Below, in pieces: positions 24,451 through 38,311 of a stretch of 64,000 bases of DNA. Location: the NCBI GenBank assembly GCA_951406725.2, contig OX597814.1:109864001-109928000 (forward strand), written 5' to 3'. The translations under genes and the position numbers were made by a program. Every line of letters begins with the position of its first letter. Position 1 is the stretch's first letter. Source of the DNA: Octopus vulgaris (Eukaryota). Under the pieces are notes generated by a model that was not told where the DNA came from, ran no database searches, and saw only the letters and a program-made list of their open reading frames with translations.

Positions 24451-24879
24451 TCATCATCATCATCGTTTAACCTCTGCTTTCCATGCTAGCATGGGTTGGA
24501 TGATTTTGACTGAGGGCTGGTGAACCAGATGGCTGCACCAGGCTCCAATCTTGATCTGGCAGAGTTTCTATAGCTGGATGCCCTTCCTAATGCCAACCAC
24601 TCCGAGAGTGTAGTGAGTGCTTTTTACATGACACCGGCACGGGAGCCAGTCAGGCGGTACTGGCAATGATCTCACTCGAATCTTTTTACACATGCCAATG
24701 GCACAGGTGCCAGTAAGGCGATGCTGGTAACGATCATGCTCGAATGGTGTCTTTTACGTACCACCGGCATGGAGGCCAGATCAAGATTGGAGCCTAGTGC
24801 AGCCATCTGGTTCGACAGCCTTCAGTCAAAATCGTCCAACCCATGCTAGCATGGAAAGCAGATGTTAAACGATGATGAT
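24451..24879. mobile_element. Two RTE 3' tails in inverted arrangement (~105-bp arms)
   Basis: 24451-24560 is the reverse complement of 24775-24879, and both outer ends carry (GAT)n. Confidence 0.85.
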
Positions 24880-24895
24880 ATATATTGTAATATAT

Positions 24896-24936
<41 letters not shown>

Positions 24937-25434
24937 AACATAATTGCCAACCAAATGTGGCATCCTATACAGGACAGTGCTACTGACCTTTATAGCGCAA
25001 GGAAGATATCTCTTCCAGCTGGCTAACAACACAGATTCTGTGTCTGATTAGTATTTGCAAGAGACATCATTGCTCCCATCTCTAGAGCCTTACGTGATAT
25101 ACACGGACTCGAGCTTCTGGGTGGTTACCCATCCTAAGCATGTGTTAATTACCAGCTAGTGATGAAAACTCATTTCACTTACAAAATACTGTATGCTTCT
25201 TCCAGTGACAAACTGTCGGTGATCTCTAAAAAGGAGAAATAAGCTATATTTAATCTCTGAGCAAGAAAAAAAACAGTGGCAAGTATAAAAAGTGGGAAAA
25301 AAGTTATGATAGACAATGTAGAGCCAAAGATGTGAGGGCCTAATATTTGCTTTGACTTGTAATTTCTCTGTTATTTAAAAGAAAAACTGTTCTTTAATTA
25401 TGGCTATTTAAAACAACTCAAAGAGTAGAATGTT

Positions 25435-26950
25435 TTGGTGACGACCTCATTAAAAAAATATTAGACTGAAAACAATTATGCAGCTCTAAGCAGGCAAACA
25501 TTTGGTGCAAAAAATGTGCAAGGCTGCAGTAGAGCTGCCATTAAGAAGCATCTACAAGAATTTGATAACAAAGTGGCCCACCATGTCCAGTTTGAGCTAT
25601 TGGCTGACCAGAATGGATGGGAGGATGGGCAAAGAGCAGTTCAGCTTGCTACTAGTCTAAAGGGCACTGCGCTAAGGGCACTGAGCCAGTTGTCTGTGGA
25701 GGAGGGAAGCTGTTATTCTTCATTAGTTGAAGTATTAGAGAGAAGATATGGCACTATGTGTCTGAGAGAAGTGTACAGGGTATAATTTCAGACCCACATA
25801 AGGGTCATAGGAGAATCACTACTACAGCTTGTCCAGAAACTTTTGGTTCTTCTGAAAGAGCAGATTATCTATGCTTTGGGCAGGGCAGAGCTCAAAGTTC
25901 AGGTGAAACAAGCACAGTTGAATACTATGCAAGAGGCATTGGCTAGAGCTCTGGAATTTGAGTCATGTGTAAGAACTGGCAGAGGAAGATTTCATTTGGA
26001 CTACAGTTCCAGATTCAAAGCAAAGAAGGGGCAAATACATGAAGCAGGAAGGTTTAATGGAAGTTGTTGGCAGAGCAAGAAGGTTGAACATAAAAGAGAA
26101 AGCTGTTTGAAGAAGAAAGAACAAGAGATGGTTGGAATAAATTGTTGGCACTGAGAGAGGCCAGGACAGAAGACGCCAGATTGTTACAGCCTGAAGAGAG
26201 AGCAAAGGCAGGATGGGAGGAAAAAGTCCACACTTAGCAGAGAGTGAAAAGGGACATCTCAGTTTTGACTGACCTACATGAAAGAAAAATAGTAAGAAGG
26301 TAATGAAAAACAAAGGAGAGTCGAAAAACTAGAAGAGGTTGGTGTTAAGGAGCAACTGCTAGCTGAATATTCCAAAGAAGCCCCAACGCCAACAAGGTGC
26401 AAAAGGACTGTAACTGACAGCATACAAGTGGATGATAAAAATTGATGGCCAGAAGTGTCACTTTGTCATTGATTCGGTTGTGGAATCGAACTCTGAATCT
26501 TGGGGTTAGTAGCCCACGCTCTTAACCACTACACCATATGCCCGTGGTTGATGTCTTGATTGGGGTTGCAGGCCTAAAGATCATGCTTCCAGGCTATGTG
26601 GTGGAGATGGAGTATCTTTGTCTCTTAGGTTTGGACTACATGACGTCTGTAGGGGTGTCAACTGGACTTTTCCTTGAAACTTTCGGTAAAAGCAAGATTA
26701 GTCCCTGTCAAGGTGGTAAAGCAGACTATTGCTGGTGGTGAAACAAAAGCATTACGGACAACAGTGATCCCACCGAAATTGGAACGACTGCTCCACTATA
26801 GTGTAAAGCACCATATTGACAGAGGAGATCATCACCCAACTGAGCAACTGGCTCAGAGGATGGTGCCAGTGCAGCATAAAGAAATGGAATGTTCTGGAAG
26901 AGAAGTTAAAAGGGAAAGAGGTCTGTAAGATAAAAGAAATGTTGAGTCGG
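25435..26950 (+). mobile_element. Degraded Ty3/Gypsy LTR retrotransposon gag-protease relic
   Basis: QFELLADQNGWED..AVQLATSLKG.A..Y..LV..LERRYG (gag), two decayed CCHC knuckles (CWQ..H...C; CWH), and FVIDS plus CLLGLDYM (protease-like). PBS-like TGGTGACGAC at 25436. No LTR pair found. Confidence 0.8.
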
Positions 26951-28481
26951 AATTGCAAAATGTTTGTGAAAACTTTGTAAGGGTGGCTAAATCTTTCCAT
27001 GAAGTCAAAGCAAAGCATGCACAGCAGTTGCAGGAAAGCGATAGGAAAATCCTTGAAGCAGAAAATAGATCTTTTAATGGAATAAAATGGGAAACTAAAA
27101 GAGCAAGTGTCCTTGCAGAACAGTGACAACAGCTGACGGTCAGGAAGTAAATTTCAGCTGATCTGGGAAATTAAGAAAATAAAGGCAAGTATATTACAAA
27201 AAACACAAAAACCAAAAAGCAAATGGGATGTGATACAGAGTAACATTCATAAAAGGATTGCTGTATAAAAGACACAAATTTGAATATGGATCTCTGGTTT
27301 TGCAAGCAAAGATGGAAAAGATAATTATTTGTGGTCACATGACATGGTGGCATGTAAAAAGCACCCACTACACTCTTGGAGTGGTTGGCGTTAGGAAGGG
27401 CATCCAGCTGTAGAAACTCTGTCAGATAAAGATTGGAGCCTGGTGCAGCCATCTGGTTCGCCAGCCCTCAGTCAAAACTGTCCAACCCATGCTAGCTAGG
27501 AAAGCGGACATTAAACGATGATGATGATGATGATGACTGTTTAAAGTATAGGCCATATGATTTTGGCACGTTTTTTACTGTGTGGGCAAACTATAAATAC
27601 TACCGTTGAACACATGGTGAGTTTACTTATGCAGCTTTAAGTAGCCAAAGAATTGGTAAGTAAACCCTAAGATTGACTTTAACTCCAAATATCTCAACTA
27701 TCTGAAAAGCAAACTATACTTTATTTGTGTTCAAATGAAAGATCTCCACCAGATGTATCTTTTCTTGCTAATCCCATAAAAATATATTAAAGAGAAAAAA
27801 AGTTATCCAGCTTTCAATAATTGACAGTTGTAAATATGTATTGCAATTACAAAGATACTCAAATGACAACTTGTCAATTACAAGGCAAACAAAAAATCCA
27901 GTCTAGAATTGTTTTGTTTTTTAGTCGACCTTCTCTCCCAATTCATTTAATTCCTCATTGCTTGTAATTAGTGCTTTATATTTTTTTTTTATTATTGCTT
28001 TCTTAAAAAATTTTGTCCCTGATAAATATTAATTAAATAATTAATTCTAAATAGATTTCATAATACTCAATATAATGAAAATGCTATTCAACTTAGAATT
28101 TCTAGCCAAAATGAATAGGCATCAATTATTGATCAATAAGAAATAAAATAATAGGAAAAATTAAGCTAAATTTATTATTAGAATAAAAATTATTAATTTT
28201 TTTGCATCAGCTGTAAAAAAAAAAAAGGTAGACTAGAACGAAAAATGTGAGCAAGAGATAGCAAAACTCTCAACTATTTAATAAACCTGGAAAAATACAG
28301 AACAAGAAGTCTAAAATAAAAGAAAAGAGCTTAGAATATTGCAGTTAAAATAAAATTTGAATGGCTTAACAATTAAATAAAATAAGCCAAGTCATTCAAT
28401 ACTGGTCAGCCATCTTTCACCCAAATTATTTCACTATTTCTAAGCTTGATTGAAAATGAAATTTAAAATTTAAATATATGT

Positions 28482-28893
28482 AGGCGCAGGAGTGCCTGAG
28501 TAGTAAGTAGCTTGCTTACCATCCACATGGTTCCGGGTTCAGTCCCACTGCATGGCACCTTGGTCAAGTGTCTTCTACTATAGCCTCGGGCCGACCAAAG
28601 CCTTGTGAGTAGATTTGATAGACGGAAATTGAAAGAAGCCCGTCATATATATGTATATATATATGTGTATGTGTGTGTATATGTTTGTGTATCTGTGTTT
28701 GTCGCCCCAACATCGCTTGACAACCGATGCTGGTGTGTTTACGTTCCCGTAACTTAGCAGTTCAGCAAAAGAGACTGATAGAATAAGTACTAGGCTTAAA
28801 AAAGAATAAGTCCTGGGGTCGATTTGCTCGACTAAAGGCGGTGCTCCAGCATGGCCACAGTCAAATGACTGAAACAAGTAAAGAGTAAAAGAG
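28482..28893 (+). mobile_element. Full-length SINE family B
   Basis: tRNA-like A/B boxes (..GAGTAGTAAG.. GGGTTCAGTCCC), internal TA/TG tract, and tail GACTGAAACAAGTAAAGAGTAAAAGAG. Confidence 0.85.
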
Positions 28894-28989
28894 TTTGGTG
28901 ATTAGGAAAAAATACCTGAGAAGACAGTTAACATTGCTGTTTGGCTGAGTAAACAAGGAAGATAACTCTGAAGATATTTACTCTGTTTT

Positions 28990-29380
28990 TCAAAGTTGCT
29001 GCTGATCCTGATGTTGATGTTGAGCAAAGCGGTCTTTGTCCCAGTAGTGGGAGAAGTCTGAAACGTGGTCCTTTGCTATTCGTAAGACCCGCAGAAGAGA
29101 AAGCAGGTCAACCCCCGACACCGAGAGTATCGACAGATGGATGAATGCACATCCAGGCTCAGTGGTTGCGTAGGAAGTCGGGGACAAGAAACAGGAAGAA
29201 AGAGTGAAAGAAAGTTGGGGCAAAAGAGTACAACAGGGGTCGCCACCCACCCCTGCCGGAACCTCGTGGAGCTTTAGGTGTTTTCGCTCAATAAACACAC
29301 ACAACGCCCGGTCTGGGAATCGAAACCGCGATCCTCTGACCGCGAGTCCGCTGCCCTAACTATTGGGCCATAACGCCTCC
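28990..29380 (-). mobile_element. Young CpG-rich tRNA-derived SINE
   Basis: Minus-strand head GGAGGCGTTATGGCCCAATAGTTAGGGCAGCGGACTCGCGGTC..GGTTTCGATTCCC, followed by a non-tRNA body and a CAA/CAG-rich tail. Confidence 0.75.
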
Positions 29381-29876
29381 ACTGCTGCTGCTGTTGCAAT
29401 TAACTGTTTAGATTTGTATAAGAGTAGAGGTCACAGATTTGTGTAGGAGTAGAGGGAACATATTCGTATTGGATTAGAGGTCAGAGACAGTGGTTTGTGC
29501 TGGAAGCTTTATTGAGTGTCAACAAATGGTTTCAATTAAGTTGGTTACACATAATACTGTGCATAAATAGTTGGGTTTTAGCCATTGTGAATGCTCATTC
29601 AAGCTTATATGTAGCTCTAAGTGTGACAGATAAGGTTTGTATTACAGTAGAGCACAGTTGATTATACAAGAGGGGTTGGCTTTAAGCTTATTCCCAACTG
29701 AGTAACAGCTTTGTTCTTAGATTCTGGCTTTGTGGACATATAAAAGTGTTATTATTTGATGTTATAAACCTTCCATTGCTAACAAATAGATACACGTTTT
29801 CATTTGTATCTTCTACATAGATTTGGTTAGCAAAATAAATGTCTTTACCATCTCTTCCTTCAAAGGTTTTCTTTCC

Positions 29877-30102
29877 GGTGGCGAGCTGGTAGAATCGTTA
29901 GCACGCCAGGCGAAATGCTTAGGGGCATTTCGTCTGCCGTTACGTTCTGAGTTCAAATTCCGCCGAGGTCGACTTTGCCTTTCATCCTTTCGGAGTCAAG
30001 TACCAGTTACACACTGGGGTCGATATAATTTACTTAATCCGTCTGTCTGTCCTTGTTTGTCTCCTCTATGTTTAGCCCCTTGTGGGTAGTAAAGAAATAA
30101 GT
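29877..30102 (+). mobile_element. SINE family A, well-preserved copy
   Basis: GGTGGCGAGCTGGTAGAATCGTTAGC..GAGTTCAAATTCC..GCCCCTTGTGGGTAGTAAAGAAATA. Confidence 0.85.
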
Positions 30103-31309
30103 TTTCTTTCCGACATGATCTCTTTCTCTCTCTCTCCTTTAAAATTCCTCTTCCCTTCCTTATTTCCTTCTCTCTACAAATTCTTATTTTTTCATCTGCC
30201 CACATAAAACTGTAGGAACAAAAGAATCTTGTAATGTGCACCAGCAAGAAGTTATACAAAGTAATGAAACATGTTTTATGTTTGGAGGAAGAAAAGAAGT
30301 CATACGTTTCGAACAATTGTTGATGTTAGAAGAGAGAAAAGGTGTAAGATATAAAGGGTTTACCACTAGAATACAAAATTCACCATCATCATCACCATTT
30401 AATATCCACTTTCCTTGCTGGCATGGGTTGGATGGTTTGACCAAGAACTGGCAAGCCAGGAGGCTGCACCAGGCTCCAATCTGATCTGGTAAGGTTTCTA
30501 CTGCTGGATGCTCTTCCTAACGCCAACCACTTCGAGTGTGTAGTGGGTGCTTTTTACATGCTAACGGCACGAGGGCCAGTCAGACAGTACTGGCATCAAC
30601 CATGCTTGAATGGTGCTTTTTACATGCTACTGGCACGTGGGCCAGTCAGGCGGCACTGGCAACGACCACACTCAAATGATGCCTTTTAGACACACTTTTT
30701 CCCCACCAAATGTCTCAACCAAACTGGGTCCAATTGGTGAATTTAGGCTTATATTACATGCTTTAATGCACAAAAACCATCTTTTCCTAAATATGGTCAG
30801 TCCACATCACTCCATAAGGAGCACAAAGCCAGTTTCCCGGTTTCTCTGGCGTATATATTGCCCCCTGGATGGCATGCTAGTCCTTTACATGGTTACACAT
30901 TTTCACCAGCTGAGTGGACTGGAGCAATGTGAAATGAAGTATTTTGCTTAAGAACACAATACCTTGCCCGGTCCAGGAATTAAAACCACAATCTTGTGGT
31001 CATGGATCCAACACCCTAACCACTAAGCCATGTGCCTCGATTTTCCGAAATAGGTACTGCTGAAATTGGTGCATGTCGAATATCTCCATCTTTCTTTTAT
31101 GCCATCAAAATATTTTGCCCCTGTAGGTTGTAAGATCAACCCTATCTCTCTCTTGAAGCAACAACGGGGCTTTAAAATTGATTGAAAATATAAATATTTG
31201 GTCTGCAAAGTGTATTTCTTGTTTTTCTTCTTAAGCTCATCCACAATTACACTGTGTTTGTTCTTACCATAAAACACTAGAGAGCATCGAATACAGAAAC
31301 AACCATTGC

Positions 31310-31432
31310 ACTAAACACCACACACACACACACACACACACACACATGCACATACACTCACACACAACTTGTTTTTCCCCATCAACTTCAGAGGACATCA
31401 AATACACCCAGCCATCATACTAAACATACCAT

Positions 31433-31488
<56 letters not shown>

Positions 31489-31930
31489 TGTCTCTCTTCT
31501 ATCTGTAAGCATCAGAGAAGATCAAATACGCTGAAAAATGAGTACACAAGTACACTCACACACACACACATGTACCTGTATTCATACACAACACACACAC
31601 ACATTGTTTCTCTTCTTGCTATGAACATCAGAGAACATCAAATACACTCAACCAACCACACATACACACACACATACAGAGACACATACATATATACACA
31701 TGTGCATACATGTATAGCACATACATGTATAGCACATACGCGGTCTCTTATCCTTCCATATAGATTAATGAACACCTAATAAATGCATTAAACATGCCAC
31801 ACACATATATACACTAACAAAGAGGCTCACACATACGCGTGTGCTACCTCTCTCGACTCCCATCAACATCATTGAGCATGAAATACAACCAACCACCACA
31901 ATAAATACACTCCAAACACACACACACACA

Positions 31931-31983
<53 letters not shown>

Positions 31984-32490
31984 GCACACACACACACTTA
32001 TGCACACACTCACACATACACACAAACTCGCTCATATGCACACATGTATATATATATATGTATGTATGTATGTATATATACTCTCACATATACATACATA
32101 CATCCGCAAATACACATACAAGTGATAACACAAATACATGCACACATATGAACCACATGTATATACACTGTACACATATATGCACACATGCTCTTAAAAC
32201 ACATGCACACACTTTTACACACAAATACATTCCAAACACACTCTTATTCACATACATAGGCTCACACACACACAGAGCATATATACATATACACTCACAA
32301 ATACACATATACATACATATATACATACACAACTTCACACACAGATACACATATACACTGTACACGTATGAACACACATGCTTATAAACACATACATATA
32401 CACTTACACACATACACACAATAACACACAACAACACATACAACAACACACACACAACACAGACACACACACACACACAACACACACAGA
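31310..32490. repeat. (CA)n-rich degenerate satellite with a recurring ~35-bp anchor motif
   Basis: An AACATCAGAGAACATCAAATACAC-like motif at ~31385, 31508, 31624 and 31864, separated by CA tracts. Confidence 0.8.
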
Positions 32491-32559
32491 CTCCTTTCTG
32501 AAGCATCACCTTCACAGAACGTCAAACACAGCCAACCACCCAACTGAACAACATGACAC

Positions 32560-33200
32560 AAGGTAAAGATGGATTCTGTACCTGTATGCAGTTTCTCAGC
32601 CTGTTAGAAATAGCAACCGAATATTCCTCAAATCACACATTACTGTCTTATCAAAAGAACAGGGCATATGCATTTTGGGAGGAAAAACAGTGTCCACATA
32701 CTCTCTCTACAACATTAATATCAAGAAGTCTTCTTGTGAACATGACCTGGGCATTACTGTCAGCAGCGATTTGTGCTGGACAAAGCACATCTCTAAAATT
32801 GTCAAGAAGGCCGAGGGTGTCTTGGCATCACTCAGCAAGACCTTTGTCAGCCACTCTCCAGCTATCTATTTAAGGCTGTATGTGGTTATGGTGTTGCCAC
32901 ACTTGGAATTTGCATCACCAGTCTGTAGCCACTACCTGGCTCAGAACATTGACCTCCTGGAAACTGTTCAGAGACATGCAACCAAGCAAATACCTTCCAT
33001 CAGGCATCTGCCATACATTGAACATCCTGTTTCGCTGGGCATAGATACATTGAAGTTCCAATGTCTGGCAACTGACTTGGTAAACACTCACAAAATTATT
33101 AACCATCTTGCCAACAACCACCTTGAACACCTTTTTGAGCTCCATGTGTCTAACACATGTGGGATATGCCTACAATGTCAGAAAACAATACGGCTCCCAC
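32560..33200 (+). mobile_element. CR1-group LINE RT C-terminal fragment
   Basis: ORF 32675-33265: EHDLGITVSSDLCWTKHI..LY..VLPHLEFASPV..LLETVQRHATK.IP.IRHLPY. Confidence 0.9.
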
Positions 33201-33204
33201 GAGT

Positions 33205-33439
33205 TTTTCTCTTTTACTCTTGTTTCAGTCATGTGACTGTGGCCATGCTGGAGCACCGCCTTTAGTCGAGCAAATCAACCCCAGGACTTATTCTTTATAA
33301 GCCTAGTACTTATTCTATCGGTCCTTTTTGCTGAACTGCTGGATTACAGGGACATAAACGCACCAGCATCAGTTGTCAAGCTATGTTGGGGGGACAAACA
33401 GAGACACACAAACATATACATACATACATATATATATAT

Positions 33440-33479
<40 letters not shown>

Positions 33480-33693
33480 ATATATATATATAGATAGATA
33501 TATGTGTGTGTGTATGTATATGTGTGTATACATATATATGACGGGCATCATTCAGTTTTCGTCTACCAGATACACTCACAAGTCTTTGGTCGGCCCAAGG
33601 CTATAGTAGAAGACATTTGCTGAAGGTGCCATGCAGTGAGACTGAACCCGGAACCATGTGGTTTGTAAGCAAGCTACTTACCACACAGCCACT
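33205..33693 (-). mobile_element. SINE family B
   Basis: Reverse complement of 28482-28893. Further copies at ~35897-36055, 36342-36715, 39545-39830 and 40047-40590. Confidence 0.85.
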
Positions 33694-34186
33694 CGAAGCA
33701 TGGAACAAACAACCTGCATCAGTTGTTAGTTGCTGAGACATTGCATCCTTTAAAACCTCCATGCTTCCTGAAATTCGCCAACACTACACCTGATATTGCT
33801 CCCTCCATATGCATGCACACATGTATATCATGGCTCATATACTGATCACTTTCCTGGCATTTGCACCTTTGATGAGTTGTAGTGCACCTGAGCACTATAC
33901 ACAATAATTTCATTATTATATTATTATTATTATTATTATTAAACAATATATTCCTTGATACACACAAAGCAGTTTGTACATCCTTTTGCTTGTTCTGTCA
34001 TTGGACTGTGGCCATGCATGGGCAGCACCTGGAAGGGGTCAGTTGATGAATCTGACCCCATTACTTGTTGTTCTCACTAAGTCTGGTGCTAAACCACTGA
34101 GTTATGGGGATTCAAGTGAATCAACACTGTTTGTCAAGCAACAGGCGACACACACAAACACACTCACACACACACTCACTCTCACA

Positions 34187-34219
<33 letters not shown>

Positions 34220-34223
<4 letters not shown>

Positions 34224-34680
34224 GCTCCACCCTTATTGCAGCCCCTATTTGTTCCACGTACTTCTCGAGATTTTTGTTCACTGTTCCCAAGGCTCTGACC
34301 ATTATTGGTACTACTGCTACCTTTACCATCAAACATAACTACTTAACTTCCCAAGCTAACCCGTCATATCTCACGACTTTTCTTTCTTCCTTATTGTATA
34401 CCTTGTTGTCAGCTGGGCATGCTATATCTATGATCCAGCATAGTTTGTTTTCTTTCTCAATTAACACTATGCCTAGCTTCCTATTCTCTATCTCATGGTC
34501 GCACTGAATCATAAAATCCCATAGGATCTTTGCATTTCTATTTTCGATGATGCCTTCAGGTTTGTGGTCATACCAATTTTTGGCTCTGTAAAGTCCATAC
34601 TTGTTGCAAAGTGTCCAATGGACAAGCCAGGCTCTATTGTCATGGCATCTCTTATGTTATTTCTGGGCTAGCGGCATACA
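34220..34680 (-). mobile_element. R4/Dong-like (RLE) LINE C-terminal fragment abutting an (ATT)n tract
   Basis: WYDHKPEG..WDFMIQCDHEIENRK..IIDIACP..VVPIMVRALGTVNKNLEKY, the RLE-domain pattern. Confidence 0.8.
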
Positions 34681-34691
34681 TTATAATTATG

Positions 34692-34802
<111 letters not shown>

Positions 34803-36726
34803 CCTGGTTTTAATGCTGTCTTCCCTTCACTGTTTCAGGCTTTGGAAGTTATCCCCCTCTGCTTTCCTTGATCAAATTTAAACTTTCAATAAATATTTTC
34901 TTCTTAAAATCTGTTTGCTTGCTAAAATAAGTGATATTATCCCTGGTTTAACTCTGTTTCCGAGCCTTGCACACATGCAATTTGATCTCATCATTTAACT
35001 AAGGATTATGGAATTAAAATAAAGTTTCAGGATCTGAAAGATTGATGTGTCTTTTTGCTTTCCTTTTTTCTTTCTTTCTTAAATGCCGTGTCATCTCTGA
35101 TGTTGCTACAGAATGGCATTTCTTATTTTGTCCTTTATGAAAATTTTATTAATCATCTTGCGTTGTAACAATAAACTGGCTTTTCTCGTTTATCATTTTT
35201 ACACAGGAAATTTCACAGGAAATATATCTTCTAACAAAATTAATGTTCCTGTCAAATCACTTTTTCTTTTCTTCTTATTCTGCAAAAGATATAACTTGTG
35301 ATGACAACGACGGCAGTGGTAGGGTGGTGGTGGTGGTGGTGATTGAGGGGGAGTGGTGAAAGCTGTTGTTGTTTACTTCCAGGATAATCCTGGCTGAGTT
35401 GAACTAGGATCAACAATATTCAAACCACCCATGACCATCCAGTTTATTTATTACTTCTCTTTCAATCTCAACGTCCTCTGGAACCAAAGGATTCTCAAAC
35501 AGACAAATCCCACCCTATCCCCACCCCTGCCACAAAATAATCGTGCAATTCCCCTCCCCCCCTCCTGTATTTTTGTTAACAAGAAAACAAAATGGAGTTC
35601 ATCTTTGTACAATTCTTCTTGCTTTGCCATGGTGTTGGAAAAATTTCCAAAGTTTAAAACTCATTTAGTTTTATTAATCAAGGTAATTTGTCTGTTGTTC
35701 TTCTTTTCGATCCTCCCATGCCCTTCCTCTATGAGAAACATCACTCTGGACTACATTGTCAGATGTGTTGGCTGTTATTTCTAGCAAACCTTGCAACTGC
35801 ATAGATTCATTGAGAACCCTTTTTTAGCATCAGAAAACAATTGCTAGAACCTGATAATCTATAAGAGATAGGACCCCTTTTCTGAGAGAATCCCTATGGC
35901 TGTGTGGTTATGTAGTTTGCTTAGCAATGACATGGTTTTTGGTTCAGTCCTACCATGCACGGCACCTTGGAGAAGTGTCTTCTAGAATAGTTCCAGGCTG
36001 ACCAATACCTTGTGACTGAATTTGGTTCACAGAAACTGAAGAAAGCGTATCATACATACATACATATACATATATCATCATCATTGTTTAACATCCGTTT
36101 TCCATGCTGGTATGGGTTGGACGGTTTCACTGAGGTCTGGAAAGCCAGCAGATGCACCAAGCTCAAATGTGATCTGGCAATGTTTCTACAGCTGGATGCC
36201 CTTCCTAACGCCAACCACTCCGAGAATGTAGTGGATTCTTTTTACATGCTACTGACACAGGAGCCAGTCATGTGGGTCTGGTATCAATCATGTTTGAATA
36301 GTGCTTTTTGTGTGCCACCGGCACGGGAGCCATATATAGAAGTGGCTGTGTGATAAGAAGCTTGCTCTCCAACCATATGGTCCTGGGTTCAGTCCCAATA
36401 CGTGGCACCTTGGGAAAGTGTCTTCTGCTCTAGTCTCAGGTTGATCAAAGCCTTGTGAGTGGAAGTTGGCAGACAGAAACTGAAAGAAGCCCATCATATA
36501 TATATATATATGTATTTGTGTGTCTGTGTTCCCCCCCCCACCATAATTTGACAACTGGTGTTGGTGTGGTTATGTCCCCGTAACTTAGTGGTTCGTCAAA
36601 AGTGTCTGATAGAATAAGTATTTAGCTTACAAAGAATAAGTCCTGGGGTCAATTTGCTTGACTAAAGGCAGTGCTCTAGCATGGTCACAGTCAAATGACT
36701 GAAACAAGTAAAAGAATATGTATATG

Positions 36727-36758
<32 letters not shown>

Positions 36759-36939
36759 GTTTAACATCCGTTTTCCATGCTGGCATGGGTTGGACAGTTT
36801 GACTGGGGTCTGGGAAGCTTGGAGGTTGCAACAGTCTCCAATCTGATCTGGCAAAGTTTCTACAGCTGGATACTCTGTTGTGATTTTACTAGAGGGAAAG
36901 CATCCTTATTTTTTGCCTTTCTGCCCTCAGCAGTTATGG

Positions 36940-37613
36940 CCCATGTTTTGCTGCTGAGGAGTAGACAAGAAGGCAGAAAATAAGGATGCTCTTCCCTTGT
37001 GTAATGTCAGTGTGCTTACATGACAGAGTGTAAGTGCCCTGAGAGAAAAGTTGGAAATAAGATGCATCAGATGTGGTGTGCAAGAGAGATGACTGCTCTG
37101 GTATAGTCATGTGTTGCGTATGAATGAAGACAGCTGTGTGTGGAAGTGTCACTCCCTAACTGTGGAAGGAACCTGTAGAAGAGGTAGACCCAAGAAGACA
37201 TGGGATGAGGTGGTGAAGCATGACCTTCAAACGTTAGACTTCACAGAGGCAATAACAGGAGACTGAGACTTTTGGAGATATGCTGTGATTGAGAAGACCT
37301 GTTGAGTCAAGTAAAACCAGAATTGTAGCTGTGGCCATGCCCCCTCACTAGCTTCCATGCCAGTGGCACGTAAAAAGCACTATTCTGAATGTGATCGGTG
37401 TTAGGGCCGCCTGACTGGCTCCCTGTGCCAGTGGCACATAAAAGCACCCACTACACTCTCGGAGTGGTTGGCGTCAGGAAGGGCATCCAGCTGTAGAAAC
37501 ATTGCCAGATCAGATTGGACGCTGGTGCAGCCGCTGGCTTTCCAGACCTCTGTCGAACTTTTTAACCCATGCTAGCATGAAAAACGGACATTAAACAATG
37601 ATGATGATGATGA
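36940..37613 (+). mobile_element. RTE LINE 3' fragment with 3' UTR and (GAT)n tail
   Basis: ..VEGTCRRGRPKKTWDEVV.. followed by stem-loop modules and the tail. Further short tails at ~27343, 30384, 36076, 39088, 40988 and 46878. Confidence 0.85.
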
Positions 37614-38279
37614 TATCTACTCTTTGCAAGGATGTTGCTCCAGTATGGCTGCAGTCCAGTAACTGAATCAAGTCAAAAAGGATGTAAATTACATTAAATT
37701 ACTGTTTTAGTCTTAAGAATTAAACATGTTTTTTAGTCTTTTTCTTACAAATTATTTTTGTAGAGTTTTTGCTAGCAAGAAAATTCAGATGTGACCGTGG
37801 GCAAAATATTGCTCAAGAATGTAGGATCTTCTCCACCCCTGATGTAGAAGCAGTGTTGGGCTGTTATTGGCTCATCTTACTTTGTTGTTATCACTATGTG
37901 GAATATCCACATCATGAATTCCTGTGAATTTTATTGATTGTTTGCTATGCATTAGATGTGAAACTTGAGATCTGTTATCAGTAAAGAGGGAAAAGAAGAG
38001 GAAAAGAAAAGAACATCGATGCTTAAAAAAATGGTATGGAATGAGGAAAACATAGACAAAAGGAAAGTGATGAATTGTGTTGGAGGGAGCTGTTGACTTT
38101 TAATGCAACTTTAGTGTCGGCTGTAACCAATGTGGGCATTTGTGCGCGCACACACACACACACATACAGAGGAAGCATGAAAGGGAGAAAGCAGATGGTT
38201 GAGAAATGTCAGGAATACTTTAACACTGCTGCTGCCTCTCTCCCACCCTACTACTACTACTACTACCACCACCACCACC

Positions 38280-38311
<32 letters not shown>

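Noticed and set aside
24934-25435. 5' LTR of the Gypsy relic (starts TGTAAC, precedes the PBS-like motif)
   Set aside because: No matching 3' LTR was found, and the segment matches the fold-back element family instead.
29305-29380. tRNA gene
   Set aside because: It has A/B boxes but no proper acceptor stem and continues into a SINE body; it is a SINE head.
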